Positions 49,565 through 57,182 of a DNA stretch of 64,000 bases are shown here, piece by piece; position 1 is the stretch's first letter, and each line of letters opens with the position of its first letter. A program made the translations under genes and the position numbers. Below the pieces are notes generated by a model. It saw only the letters and a list, made by a program, of their open reading frames with translations, was not told the origin of the DNA and did not search any database. The DNA is from Alphaproteobacteria bacterium (lineage in GTDB: Bacteria; Pseudomonadota; Alphaproteobacteria; UBA6615), in NCBI GenBank assembly GCA_021774575.1, contig JAJFIX010000017.1, positions 3,924-67,923 on the forward strand, given 5' to 3'.

Positions 49565-52303
49565 CTAGAGCCTGTTGAGGTGCCCTCTGTTCGTAACTTG
49601 GAGGTCGTCGCGCATACTGGTCAACAAAGAACGGGTCAGGCGACCGTCGGGATAGAGGCCTTTATGACGCTGATAATCGGCGATAGCACTTATCGTTGCC
49701 GGTCCGGCGATACCGTCATTTGCGCCGGGGTGGAGCCCTAGCTGCGCCAGCATGTTTTGCGCGTCGGCGACGCTGCTCGACTGGCGTGAACTTCCAGATT
49801 GCAGGCTAAGGCGATCAAACCGGGTTGAAGGCCGGGTTGACGGCCGGAACGAGGACCTACCGAATATGTCGATATCGTCGCTGAAATTATCGCCGAAACC
49901 GCTATCGTAAAATGGATCGAATGAGCTGTTGTTGCGACCGATGTCAAGTTGCCCAAATCCACCGAGGCCGCGCGATGTCAGACCGGTCTGAAGAAAAGTC
50001 GGCCCGCCGTGGTCAGACATGCCCCCAAATACCCGATGGCGAACAAAGTTTCCGGTCAATGGCCCGTTCAACGCGACCGGCGTGAAGTCAACGGAAGGAG
50101 ATAGGTGGCGCTGGACGTCTCGGCGCAACGTTTGAATCAAGCGGTTGGTCAATCTGCCGTCGACACGCAATCCTCTGGCATCTTGATAATTCATTATGCC
50201 GTCACGGGTGTACATACCAAATCTGCCATCAATCGGGCCCGGGTCAAAACCGAGAGAGGCCAAACTCTGCTGCACTTCGGCGACAAGGCTCGGTGTCGAA
50301 TTGGTAATACCGGTTCTGATTGACGGACCGCTTAGCAGGCCGCCTCCGATACCATCAAATCTACTGCCAAACCTACTGCCAAACCTGCTGCCAAAGCCGA
50401 GCCCGTTGTCTCGCAGGCTGACATTAAACACACTGTTGCGGGCGTCGACTAATACAGGGCCCGAACCCCTGCTCGACAAACCTCTATTCGAGATGTTTAA
50501 GCCGCGTGTTCCGCCGAAGTCGTGTCGAGAACTGTTGCCAAAAGAGCTTGTGTGAGGCCGCTGAAACACTGGCCTCTGGCGGAAATTTTGCCGAGTAAAC
50601 GGAGCCTGATTGCCAAACCTGCTGCCAGACCCGTCGTCAAAAAATGACCTGGGCTGGGGTTGGTGTTGGCTTTGTCGGCCATAGGGCTGCATTCCGTAGC
50701 CAGAGGAGCGGCTAAAATATCCCGATTCCATCTGGCGGCCACCTTGGCGTTGGTACGGGGTGGTGAAGTTACTGCTGTTGCCGAAACTCTGCCGCAGCGG
50801 ATAGCTGTTTTGCTGACCATGGTTTGGCATGTTGCCGAAGGAACTATTGCCGTAGCTGGGCCGAGACATGTGACTGCCTTGCTGGCTATATGGCGCACTA
50901 TTATGGCCAAGATTGCTGCCAAAGCTAGGCTGCGACAGGTGACTATTTTGCTGGTTGTGGGGCGCGCTGTTTTGGCCAAAATTGTTGCCGAAGCTAGGCT
51001 GCGACAGGTGACCGCTTGGCCGGTTGTAGGGCGCGTTGTTTTGGCTAAAATTGTTGCCGAAGCTGGGCTGCGACAGGTGACCGCCTTGCTGGTTATAAGG
51101 CGCGTTATTGTGGCCAAAATTGCTACCGAAGCTAGGCTGAGTCAGGTGATTGCCTTGTTGATTATAGGGCGCATTGTGGCCAGAATTACTGGGGTAATTC
51201 GGTTGTGTTCGGTGCGAATGCCGCCCATCCAAGGGAGAGTTTCCGTACCGCACATTTGTGCCGAACTGAGAGTTAGTGGACGGCGCTCCATTGAAACCAG
51301 CCGTATTGGCATAAACAGTCTGGGGCTGGTGAAAGTTTTGCTGCCCAAAGGGTGAACCGCCAAAACTCGAATTATTGTTGAAACCTGACTGAGAAAAGGG
51401 CGCGCTGCCAAAATTGGCATTGCCGTTAAATCCGCTATAGGCCCCGTTGGCACCCAGAAGACCAGTGTTTGAATTGTTATGGCCGAACGACTGATTGCCG
51501 AAGTTATTGTGTCCATTGGGGTCAAAATTATTGAACCCGGGCTGCCCAAATTGAGAAATTCCGCCACTTAACCCATTGCTGGTAAAACCGGAATTGTTAT
51601 TAAATCCAGTGTTTTGATTAAAGTTAGCGGTATTGCCGAAACCGGGGTTAGAAAATCCGGTAGAACTTCCAAATCCATTGTTGTTGAAGCCGGCATTGTT
51701 GTTGAAGCCGGCATTGTTTAGCCCGGTGTTACCGAAGCCAGTGTTGTTGAATCCGGTATTATTATTAAAGCCTGCCGTATTGTTGAAACCACCGTTGTTG
51801 AAACCGGAATTACTATTGTTGAGCCCGGTATTGCCATTAAAGCCGGCAGTATTGTTGAAGCCACCGTTGTTGAACCCGGAATTACCAAAACCAGTATTGT
51901 TATTAAATCCCGCAGTATTGCCGAAGCCACCGTTGTTAAATCCGGGGGTTCCGAAGGTATTTTGTTGAGGGAACTGGTTCGAACTAAATTGATTGTTCCG
52001 AATGGTCTGCGACCCGACGGCAGTGACGATACAATTCGGAGGTCCAAAATTATTTGTCTGACTGTTGCGTGCCTGCGCGGCAGTACAGAAGGTCTGCGAT
52101 TGCTCACCGCTGTTAAAATTGTTGAACGCGTTGGGATTGCCGGTTGCCCCAAATAAGTTCGAAATATCGTTACTTGGAGCTGAAAATTGGGCCAATGCCG
52201 ACGCAGACATCCCTAGCATAAAAGTTAGAGAAATCCCGACCGCAAGAATGCCAGTTTGGCCAGTTGTTTTCGAGAACCCGTCCGTATTTGGTAACAAAGT
52301 CAT
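49565..52303 (-). CDS. secreted N/G/F/S/Q-rich low-complexity protein (GFNN/FG repeats, 23-aa QPSFG repeats) with two peptidoglycan-binding domains
   Basis: Start placed at Met14 of the ORF-track product (ATG at 52303, behind gggggagggg). Signal peptide ...MSASALA-QF. See findings for composition. PG_binding_1-like segments VQQSLASLGFDPGPIDGRFG... and AQNMLAQLGLHPGANDGIAG... Confidence 0.7.
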   Translation of the reverse strand: MTLLPNTDGFSKTTGQTGILAVGISLTFMLGMSASALAQFSAPSNDISNLFGATGNPNAFNNFNSGEQSQTFCTAAQARNSQTNNFGPPNCIVTAVGSQTIRNNQFSSNQFPQQNTFGTPGFNNGGFGNTAGFNNNTGFGNSGFNNGGFNNTAGFNGNTGLNNSNSGFNNGGFNNTAGFNNNTGFNNTGFGNTGLNNAGFNNNAGFNNNGFGSSTGFSNPGFGNTANFNQNTGFNNNSGFTSNGLSGGISQFGQPGFNNFDPNGHNNFGNQSFGHNNSNTGLLGANGAYSGFNGNANFGSAPFSQSGFNNNSSFGGSPFGQQNFHQPQTVYANTAGFNGAPSTNSQFGTNVRYGNSPLDGRHSHRTQPNYPSNSGHNAPYNQQGNHLTQPSFGSNFGHNNAPYNQQGGHLSQPSFGNNFSQNNAPYNRPSGHLSQPSFGNNFGQNSAPHNQQNSHLSQPSFGSNLGHNSAPYSQQGSHMSRPSYGNSSFGNMPNHGQQNSYPLRQSFGNSSNFTTPYQRQGGRQMESGYFSRSSGYGMQPYGRQSQHQPQPRSFFDDGSGSRFGNQAPFTRQNFRQRPVFQRPHTSSFGNSSRHDFGGTRGLNISNRGLSSRGSGPVLVDARNSVFNVSLRDNGLGFGSRFGSRFGSRFDGIGGGLLSGPSIRTGITNSTPSLVAEVQQSLASLGFDPGPIDGRFGMYTRDGIMNYQDARGLRVDGRLTNRLIQTLRRDVQRHLSPSVDFTPVALNGPLTGNFVRHRVFGGMSDHGGPTFLQTGLTSRGLGGFGQLDIGRNNSSFDPFYDSGFGDNFSDDIDIFGRSSFRPSTRPSTRFDRLSLQSGSSRQSSSVADAQNMLAQLGLHPGANDGIAGPATISAIADYQRHKGLYPDGRLTRSLLTSMRDDLQVTNRGHLNRL
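50780..51195. repeat. six tandem 69-bp coding repeats (23-aa unit ~HLSQPSFGNNFGQNSAPYNQQGG)
   Basis: The core agctaggctgcgacaggtgac recurs with period 69 at 50854, 50923, 50992, 51061 and 51130, with a degenerate copy near 50785. Confidence 0.85.
51335..51958. repeat. degenerate short coding repeats specifying the GFNN/GFGN field
   Basis: Iterated ...aaaccggtattgttgttgaagcc...-type 12-30-bp units. They encode 13 exact GFNN tetrapeptides plus ~10 GFGN/GFNG/GLNN variants (residues ~129-336, ORF-track numbering). Confidence 0.75.
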
Positions 52304-52568
52304 AAGTTGTACCCCTCCCCCTGGGTATTCGAAAAAATCCAAACGCCCGTCGCTCGCCGGTTTTCCTGACTAACAAATGCCCCCGAAATTACTAGCAAAT
52401 GCTTTATCTATAGGCACTTAGTCTCACTTGATGATCAGGTATGCCAAGGTCGTTGAAAAACAAACGGTTTTGGAACGTTGATTCCGTCACACTGTAGTTG
52501 GTTTCCGTAGTCGACCGGATGATAGGGGATCGATGTTATTCACGCATCGCAAAAGCTGCCGGTATATT

Positions 52569-52577
52569 TGTGGATAA
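52569..52577 (+). promoter_or_regulatory. perfect DnaA box (TGTGGATAA)
   Basis: Exact 9-mer within the 720-bp non-coding region 52343-53063. Confidence 0.6.
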
Positions 52578-52691
52578 CTTCATGGTTTGGCAAAATGCTG
52601 GCTGAAATTAGTGGGGTTATACAATGGCGATATGCTAAAAAAATCTTTAATTTTAATGGCTTATAGAAGGTCGCAGGGAAGTATCCAGAAG

Positions 52692-52700
52692 TTATCCACA
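52692..52700 (+). promoter_or_regulatory. perfect DnaA box (TTATCCACA)
   Basis: Exact 9-mer in the opposite orientation to the 52569 box. A 2-mismatch copy, GTATCCAGA, lies immediately upstream (52681-52689). Confidence 0.6.
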
Positions 52701-52912
52701 GTTTGTATAAAATCGTGAGACAGGGGATGGACAGGTCATATGTGCGTGTGAATGTTGCATTAACGCCACATATTTACCAGTTTTGTACACGGGCTTCAGG
52801 TGCGCGTACCACCGGTGCAGGTCACAGTCCTCCGGTTGTGCTATCGACCAGCTGAAAAATTGGATCCGGGAGTGCTTTTGCGATGGCGTGATGTTTATCA
52901 CACAGAAATGCG

Positions 52913-52971
52913 CCCACCTGCCAGCCCACCTGCCAATTGAGCAGAAATCGAAATTCTACCAAGGGCAGGTG
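52913..52971. repeat. tandem CCCACCTGCCA x2 plus an inverted copy
   Basis: CCCACCTGCCA occurs at 52913-52923 and 52925-52935. GGCAGGTG (about 52964-52971) is the reverse complement of CACCTGCC. Confidence 0.7.
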
Positions 52972-53063
52972 AGCTGTAGGCCGGCGAATGCGGCGCTAGA
53001 CCGTAGATTGAAACTTCTTAGTAGCGTCTCTACGGTTGCTATATTGGTTCGGCATAACTGGAC

Positions 53064-53600
53064 CTAAAAACGATTTCCATTCATGACGCGATAGCCGCCT
53101 TGGGTGAAAACGACACCGGGGGTGCCGTATATATTGGCTTGATAGGTTGGGCCTGTCTGAACGAATCTCGGTTGGCCGCACTGCTGGTTGCCGCCAGCAA
53201 AACTGGCGCCGCCGTAACTGTTTTGTTGCCCATGGTTGCCGCCATTCGTCAGGAACTGAGGGCAGCCCTGAGCAAAGGACGACTGGGAGTGTGGGTTTAC
53301 AAATTGTTGCGGTTGATGTTGATTTTGAAGATAGGTTGTCTGCCCTGTGCCTGAACCGTGTCCGGCCATTGATCCGTGACCCGCTGGCGATCCGTGACCC
53401 GCTAGACTTTGATTATGGCTTGTTTGACTTATTTGGCTTGGATGATTGGCAAAAGAGCCGTGTCCCGGTGAGCGACTTGTTTGGACATATTGGGTTCTCG
53501 GGTCCGACTGCTCAAGCGTTCTGTATGAAGGCTGGCATGCCGTCAGGAATACAGACGTACCGAGAAGAGCCAAACCAATCGCAAGGGGGGATTTGCGCAT
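53064..53600 (-). CDS. small lipoprotein, Q/G/H/S-rich low complexity
   Basis: Start placed at Met21 (ATG at 53600, behind aagaggaaaa). Lipobox LTAC. AGHGS x3 and Q/N/G-rich remainder. No recognisable domain. Confidence 0.55.
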   Translation of the reverse strand: MRKSPLAIGLALLGTSVFLTACQPSYRTLEQSDPRTQYVQTSRSPGHGSFANHPSQISQTSHNQSLAGHGSPAGHGSMAGHGSGTGQTTYLQNQHQPQQFVNPHSQSSFAQGCPQFLTNGGNHGQQNSYGGASFAGGNQQCGQPRFVQTGPTYQANIYGTPGVVFTQGGYRVMNGNRF

Positions 53601-53732
53601 GATTTTTCCTCTTAATGTTGGCCGTGGCACGACCAGGCAAGTCACAAACTTACGCACCACTAGCGGATCATTCGTCGATAGGGTTCCCCATCGATTCGTC
53701 TCAAGCTACATTCGATCAAGGTGGGCATTGCT

Positions 53733-53741
53733 TGTGGATAT
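53733..53741 (+). promoter_or_regulatory. DnaA-box-like 9-mer, one mismatch (TGTGGATAT)
   Basis: 8/9 match to the consensus, in the divergent spacer between the small lipoprotein gene and msrA. A weaker copy, cgcGGATAA, is at 53764-53772. Confidence 0.4.
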
Positions 53742-53762
53742 CCCGAGTCGGATCCCGAGTCG
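53740..53762. repeat. 12-bp tandem repeat ATCCCGAGTCG(G) x2 carrying two GANTC sites
   Basis: ATCCCGAGTCG occurs at 53740-53750 and 53752-53762. GAGTC occurs at 53745-53749 and 53757-53761. Confidence 0.8.
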
Positions 53763-53791
53763 TTCGCGGATAATTAAAAAAGATTGGAGAA

Positions 53792-54256
53792 ATGATGCCG
53801 GAAGCAATTTTTGCCGCAGGATGTTTTTGGGGCGTTGAAGACATGTTTCGCCAACATCCGGGGGTCACAAATGTTGAAGTTGGCTATACCGGCGGGTCGG
53901 GTGAAAACCCTACCTATGAAGAAGTGTGTGGCGGCACCACCGGCCATGCCGAGGCCGTTCGAATTGAGTTCGATGAAACTCGGACGACCTATTCCGCCCT
54001 GTTGGAGACTTTTTTTCGCATTCACGACCCGCGTCAGGTTAATCGCCAAGGGCCAGATATCGGCACCCAGTATCGTTCGGCGATCTTTACCTGCAGTGAC
54101 GATCAGCGTCAGGCTGCTCATTCGGCGAAAGATGCTGTAAATGAAATGTTGGAGAGCAGCGAAACGGTGGCGACCGAAATCCTACCCGCATCGAGCTTTT
54201 GGCGCGGCGAGGAATATCACCAACAATATTTCGCCAAGCATCGCCGTGGTCATTGA
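53792..54256 (+). CDS. msrA: peptide-methionine (S)-S-oxide reductase
   Basis: 154 aa. Active-site GCFWGVE, then GYTGG..ENPTYEEVC.G.TGHAEAV and DPRQVNRQGPD.G.QYRS blocks. The second ATG (53795) fits the ggag RBS better. Confidence 0.9.
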   Translation: MMPEAIFAAGCFWGVEDMFRQHPGVTNVEVGYTGGSGENPTYEEVCGGTTGHAEAVRIEFDETRTTYSALLETFFRIHDPRQVNRQGPDIGTQYRSAIFTCSDDQRQAAHSAKDAVNEMLESSETVATEILPASSFWRGEEYHQQYFAKHRRGH

Positions 54257-54282
54257 GCGATGGCGTTATGGGAGCCAAGGTA

Positions 54283-54852
54283 TCATGGCACCCAAAATAT
54301 TTGCGCCAGGCTCCATTCGTCTAGGATCGCCCTGGGCGGCACTTCGCTGTCGGGGCCAGACCATTCGCCTTCGAAAACCAGATGAACATGTGTGTAGGGC
54401 GGGGCTGAACATATTGTAAAGGCGCTGAGTTCCTCCAATCCACGATCGCAAATGGGGGGCGTTATGTCCGGCACAATATCGGGGAGCATCAGCGATGAAA
54501 ATTGGTTCCCGATGGCGCCGCCATTGTTGAGTGCAATAAAGGGGCTCAGTATTTCAATGCGCAATATGGTCATGAGCGCGGGGCCAGGAATGATCGTGAA
54601 AAGCTCCTGGTCGCCCTCGATTATCCGAATGACCGGGTAAGGCTCACCTTCCGACATCGACTGACCGGGCTCGACGAGCAAATTGGGAAACAGGTCGGCA
54701 ATCACCGTAATATTGAACGGGGTGTCTTCGTTTACCGGGCCAATGCCCGCATCGCTCAGGGCTAGCGGGTCTTGTGTTGGTGTTGGCGCACAGGCGCCGG
54801 TGAAGACGGGCAAAATCAAAGCGAGGACGGACAATATCAAAAATCTTGGCAT
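54283..54852 (-). CDS. putative lipoprotein, unknown function
   Basis: Start placed at Met30 (MPRFLILSVLALILPVFTGAC, lipobox FTGAC). This removes the overlap with the divergent methyltransferase gene. Confidence 0.5.
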   Translation of the reverse strand: MPRFLILSVLALILPVFTGACAPTPTQDPLALSDAGIGPVNEDTPFNITVIADLFPNLLVEPGQSMSEGEPYPVIRIIEGDQELFTIIPGPALMTILRIEILSPFIALNNGGAIGNQFSSLMLPDIVPDITPPICDRGLEELSAFTICSAPPYTHVHLVFEGEWSGPDSEVPPRAILDEWSLAQIFWVP

Positions 54853-54928
54853 ACCGCAGTTCATACTGCGCATTCTTTCGTGTAGAAGGGCGGCACGCGG
54901 CACCTGAATTCTAACCGACGGAAGTGTG

Positions 54929-55696
54929 ATGGCCAGCAATTGGGAACCCCCCTATACCTTTGAAGAGAAGCTCAAATATGCGCTGATCCCGCCGCGTCTG
55001 TATATCAGGCAATTGGCGGCACGGGCCTGGAAAAAGGGTGAGTTGGAACTCCACCTGCTGCCATTCCTTGCGGCGGCCGACAAAATGGCCGTCGATGTAG
55101 GCGCCAACAAAGGTATTTACACCCATTTTCTGGCTAAGCTTGTAACTCGGGTTGAGGCTTTTGAGCCCAACCCGAAAATTTTTCGCATCCTTAAAAGAGC
55201 ATTGCCGGAAAATGTCACCGCCCATCCGGTTGCCCTTTCCAATACAGCCGGAACTGCCCGGTTGATGGTGCCGAAGCGCAAAGTCGGCTACACCAACCAA
55301 GGCGCGTCATTGAGCGAAACCAAGATCGCTCGGGTTCACCAGGGTGCAGACTACGGTGTCGTCGAAGTTGAGGCGCGCACTATAGATAGCTACGACTTTC
55401 GCGACCTTGGGTTCATTAAGATCGATGTCGAAGGGTTCGAGCGACCGGTACTCGACGGTGCGGCCGAAACAATCGAGCGGGAACGGCCGGTGATGCTGAT
55501 CGAAATTGAAGAGGTTCATACGGGCGAGCCAATTGAAGAGCAGCTTTCTTATGTTGAAAGTCTCGGTTATGACGGGTTTTTTCTGGATGCGGGCCGGCTC
55601 ACGTGTTTGAGCGCTTTCGACCCGGAGCGAAATCACCGGGCTCCGCCGAGTCGACCTAAATACGCTTTTAATTTCATTTTTTTGCCGCGCGGTTAA
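54929..55696 (+). CDS. FkbM-family methyltransferase
   Basis: VDVGANKGIYT SAM-binding block, ...FIKIDVEGFE... and a family-typical length. ATG at 54929; the ORF track uses the GTG at 54926. Confidence 0.7.
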   Translation: MASNWEPPYTFEEKLKYALIPPRLYIRQLAARAWKKGELELHLLPFLAAADKMAVDVGANKGIYTHFLAKLVTRVEAFEPNPKIFRILKRALPENVTAHPVALSNTAGTARLMVPKRKVGYTNQGASLSETKIARVHQGADYGVVEVEARTIDSYDFRDLGFIKIDVEGFERPVLDGAAETIERERPVMLIEIEEVHTGEPIEEQLSYVESLGYDGFFLDAGRLTCLSAFDPERNHRAPPSRPKYAFNFIFLPRG

Positions 55697-55714
55697 ATTT
55701 AAAAGGAACAAGGT

Positions 55715-56449
55715 ATGACTGAGAGCAATGCCAAGCCGCCTTATAACGCGCCACGCTTCAAGGTGCGCCAGTATGATTTCGATGTATTCGCCGGTCCACG
55801 GGCTGGCGAAGCGGTGGATGACTATGAATTCACCGATCTTCTTGGCGATCACGTGAAATTATCTGACTTCAAAGGCAAATGGGTAGTCGTCGAGACGGGC
55901 TCGGCAACCTGTTCCATGTACACAAAAAATATTGGTGAAATGAAGCATCTCGTCGTTGATTTTCCCGACGTAAAATTTTTGGTTGTATATGTCCGCGAGG
56001 CACATCCGGGTGAGCGTTTTGGCCACCATAAAAATATTGCCGACAAAATTAAGGGCGCGGTCATGTTGGCGCCGCGATATGGCGAAACCCGGCGGATCCT
56101 CATCGACAGTATCGACGGGGCTTATCACAAGGCGCATGCGACCATGCCAAATACCTGCTACGTGATCCGGCCCGATGGAAAGGTGCATTATCGCTGCAAT
56201 TGGCTAATGCTTGATGGCCTTCGCGACGCTTTGGAGGATCGGGAAAATCTGCATCCAAACGAACATGCAGACCTTGCCAAACTGCGTGGCGACAGGGGTT
56301 ATTCAAATATGATCCGCACAATGTGGACCGGCGGCCTTCTCGCGCTGTGGGATTTCATTATCAACATGCCTGCCGTACTCAAGCGCCATGAAGCGATCGA
56401 TACCTATTACACCGAGCATGGTGAGTTTAAGAAAACGCCGGAGAATTAA
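55715..56449 (+). CDS. thioredoxin-fold protein, possibly iodothyronine-deiodinase-like (Cys form)
   Basis: 244 aa. KGKWVVVETGSATCSMYT matches the G-S-x-T-[C/U]-x-x-[F/Y] active-site pattern of deiodinase-like redoxins. Followed by ..VVYVREAHPGE. Confidence 0.4.
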   Translation: MTESNAKPPYNAPRFKVRQYDFDVFAGPRAGEAVDDYEFTDLLGDHVKLSDFKGKWVVVETGSATCSMYTKNIGEMKHLVVDFPDVKFLVVYVREAHPGERFGHHKNIADKIKGAVMLAPRYGETRRILIDSIDGAYHKAHATMPNTCYVIRPDGKVHYRCNWLMLDGLRDALEDRENLHPNEHADLAKLRGDRGYSNMIRTMWTGGLLALWDFIINMPAVLKRHEAIDTYYTEHGEFKKTPEN

Positions 56450-56473
56450 CGAACGTTTCCGCTCTTTTTGGAC

Positions 56474-57094
56474 TTAATCGTCGTCGTCCACCATTTCTCT
56501 TGGCAAATGGTGCGCGATGCCGCGATGGCATTCGATGCAGGTCTTACCGTCTTCAATGGCCTCGGGATGTCTTCGCGATGCTCGTCTGATCTGTGCGTCA
56601 AAATCCATGGCCTCGAAGCTATGGCAATTTCGGCATTCCCGCGAGTCGGTCGCTTCCATTTCCGCCCAAACACGCTCTGCCAGGTGAAGACGCCGTTCCT
56701 CGAAATCCTCTGCTGTCGCCAGGGTTCCCATCAAATGGTAATAAAGCTCTGATGTGGCCCGTATTTTGCGCAGCATCTTGGGGCCCCATTCCCTTGGCAC
56801 GTGGCAATCCGTGCATATTGCCCGCACACCCGAGCTGTTTGCGTAATGGACGGTCTCTTGATATTCAGGAAAAACCGTGTCTCTCATTTCATGGCAGGAA
56901 ACACAGAAGCCCATTGTATTGGTTGCCTCCACCGCAGTGTGGAAACCGCCCCAAAATATGATCCCGCCAAACCCACCGACAATCAACAAAACACCAAGGG
57001 GGATGGCTTTAGCCGGATGCCAGAACCAATGCCAAAGACGCCGGATCCATGACCCACGTCGAGCAGGAGATGTGTCGGGCATGTGCCCCTCCAT
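56474..57094 (-). CDS. NapC/NirT-family membrane-anchored tetraheme cytochrome c (quinol dehydrogenase type)
   Basis: N-terminal TM helix plus four CxxCH motifs (CVSCH, CTDCH, CRNCH, CIECH) with family-typical spacing in ~200 aa. Confidence 0.85.
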   Translation of the reverse strand: MEGHMPDTSPARRGSWIRRLWHWFWHPAKAIPLGVLLIVGGFGGIIFWGGFHTAVEATNTMGFCVSCHEMRDTVFPEYQETVHYANSSGVRAICTDCHVPREWGPKMLRKIRATSELYYHLMGTLATAEDFEERRLHLAERVWAEMEATDSRECRNCHSFEAMDFDAQIRRASRRHPEAIEDGKTCIECHRGIAHHLPREMVDDDD

Positions 57095-57182
57095 GACGAA
57101 TTAATTGAGCAAAGCGCAGACGCACGGCATACCGACCGCAGGCCCAATCGGCCTACGGTCGGTAGCCAAGTCTAAGAGCGGC

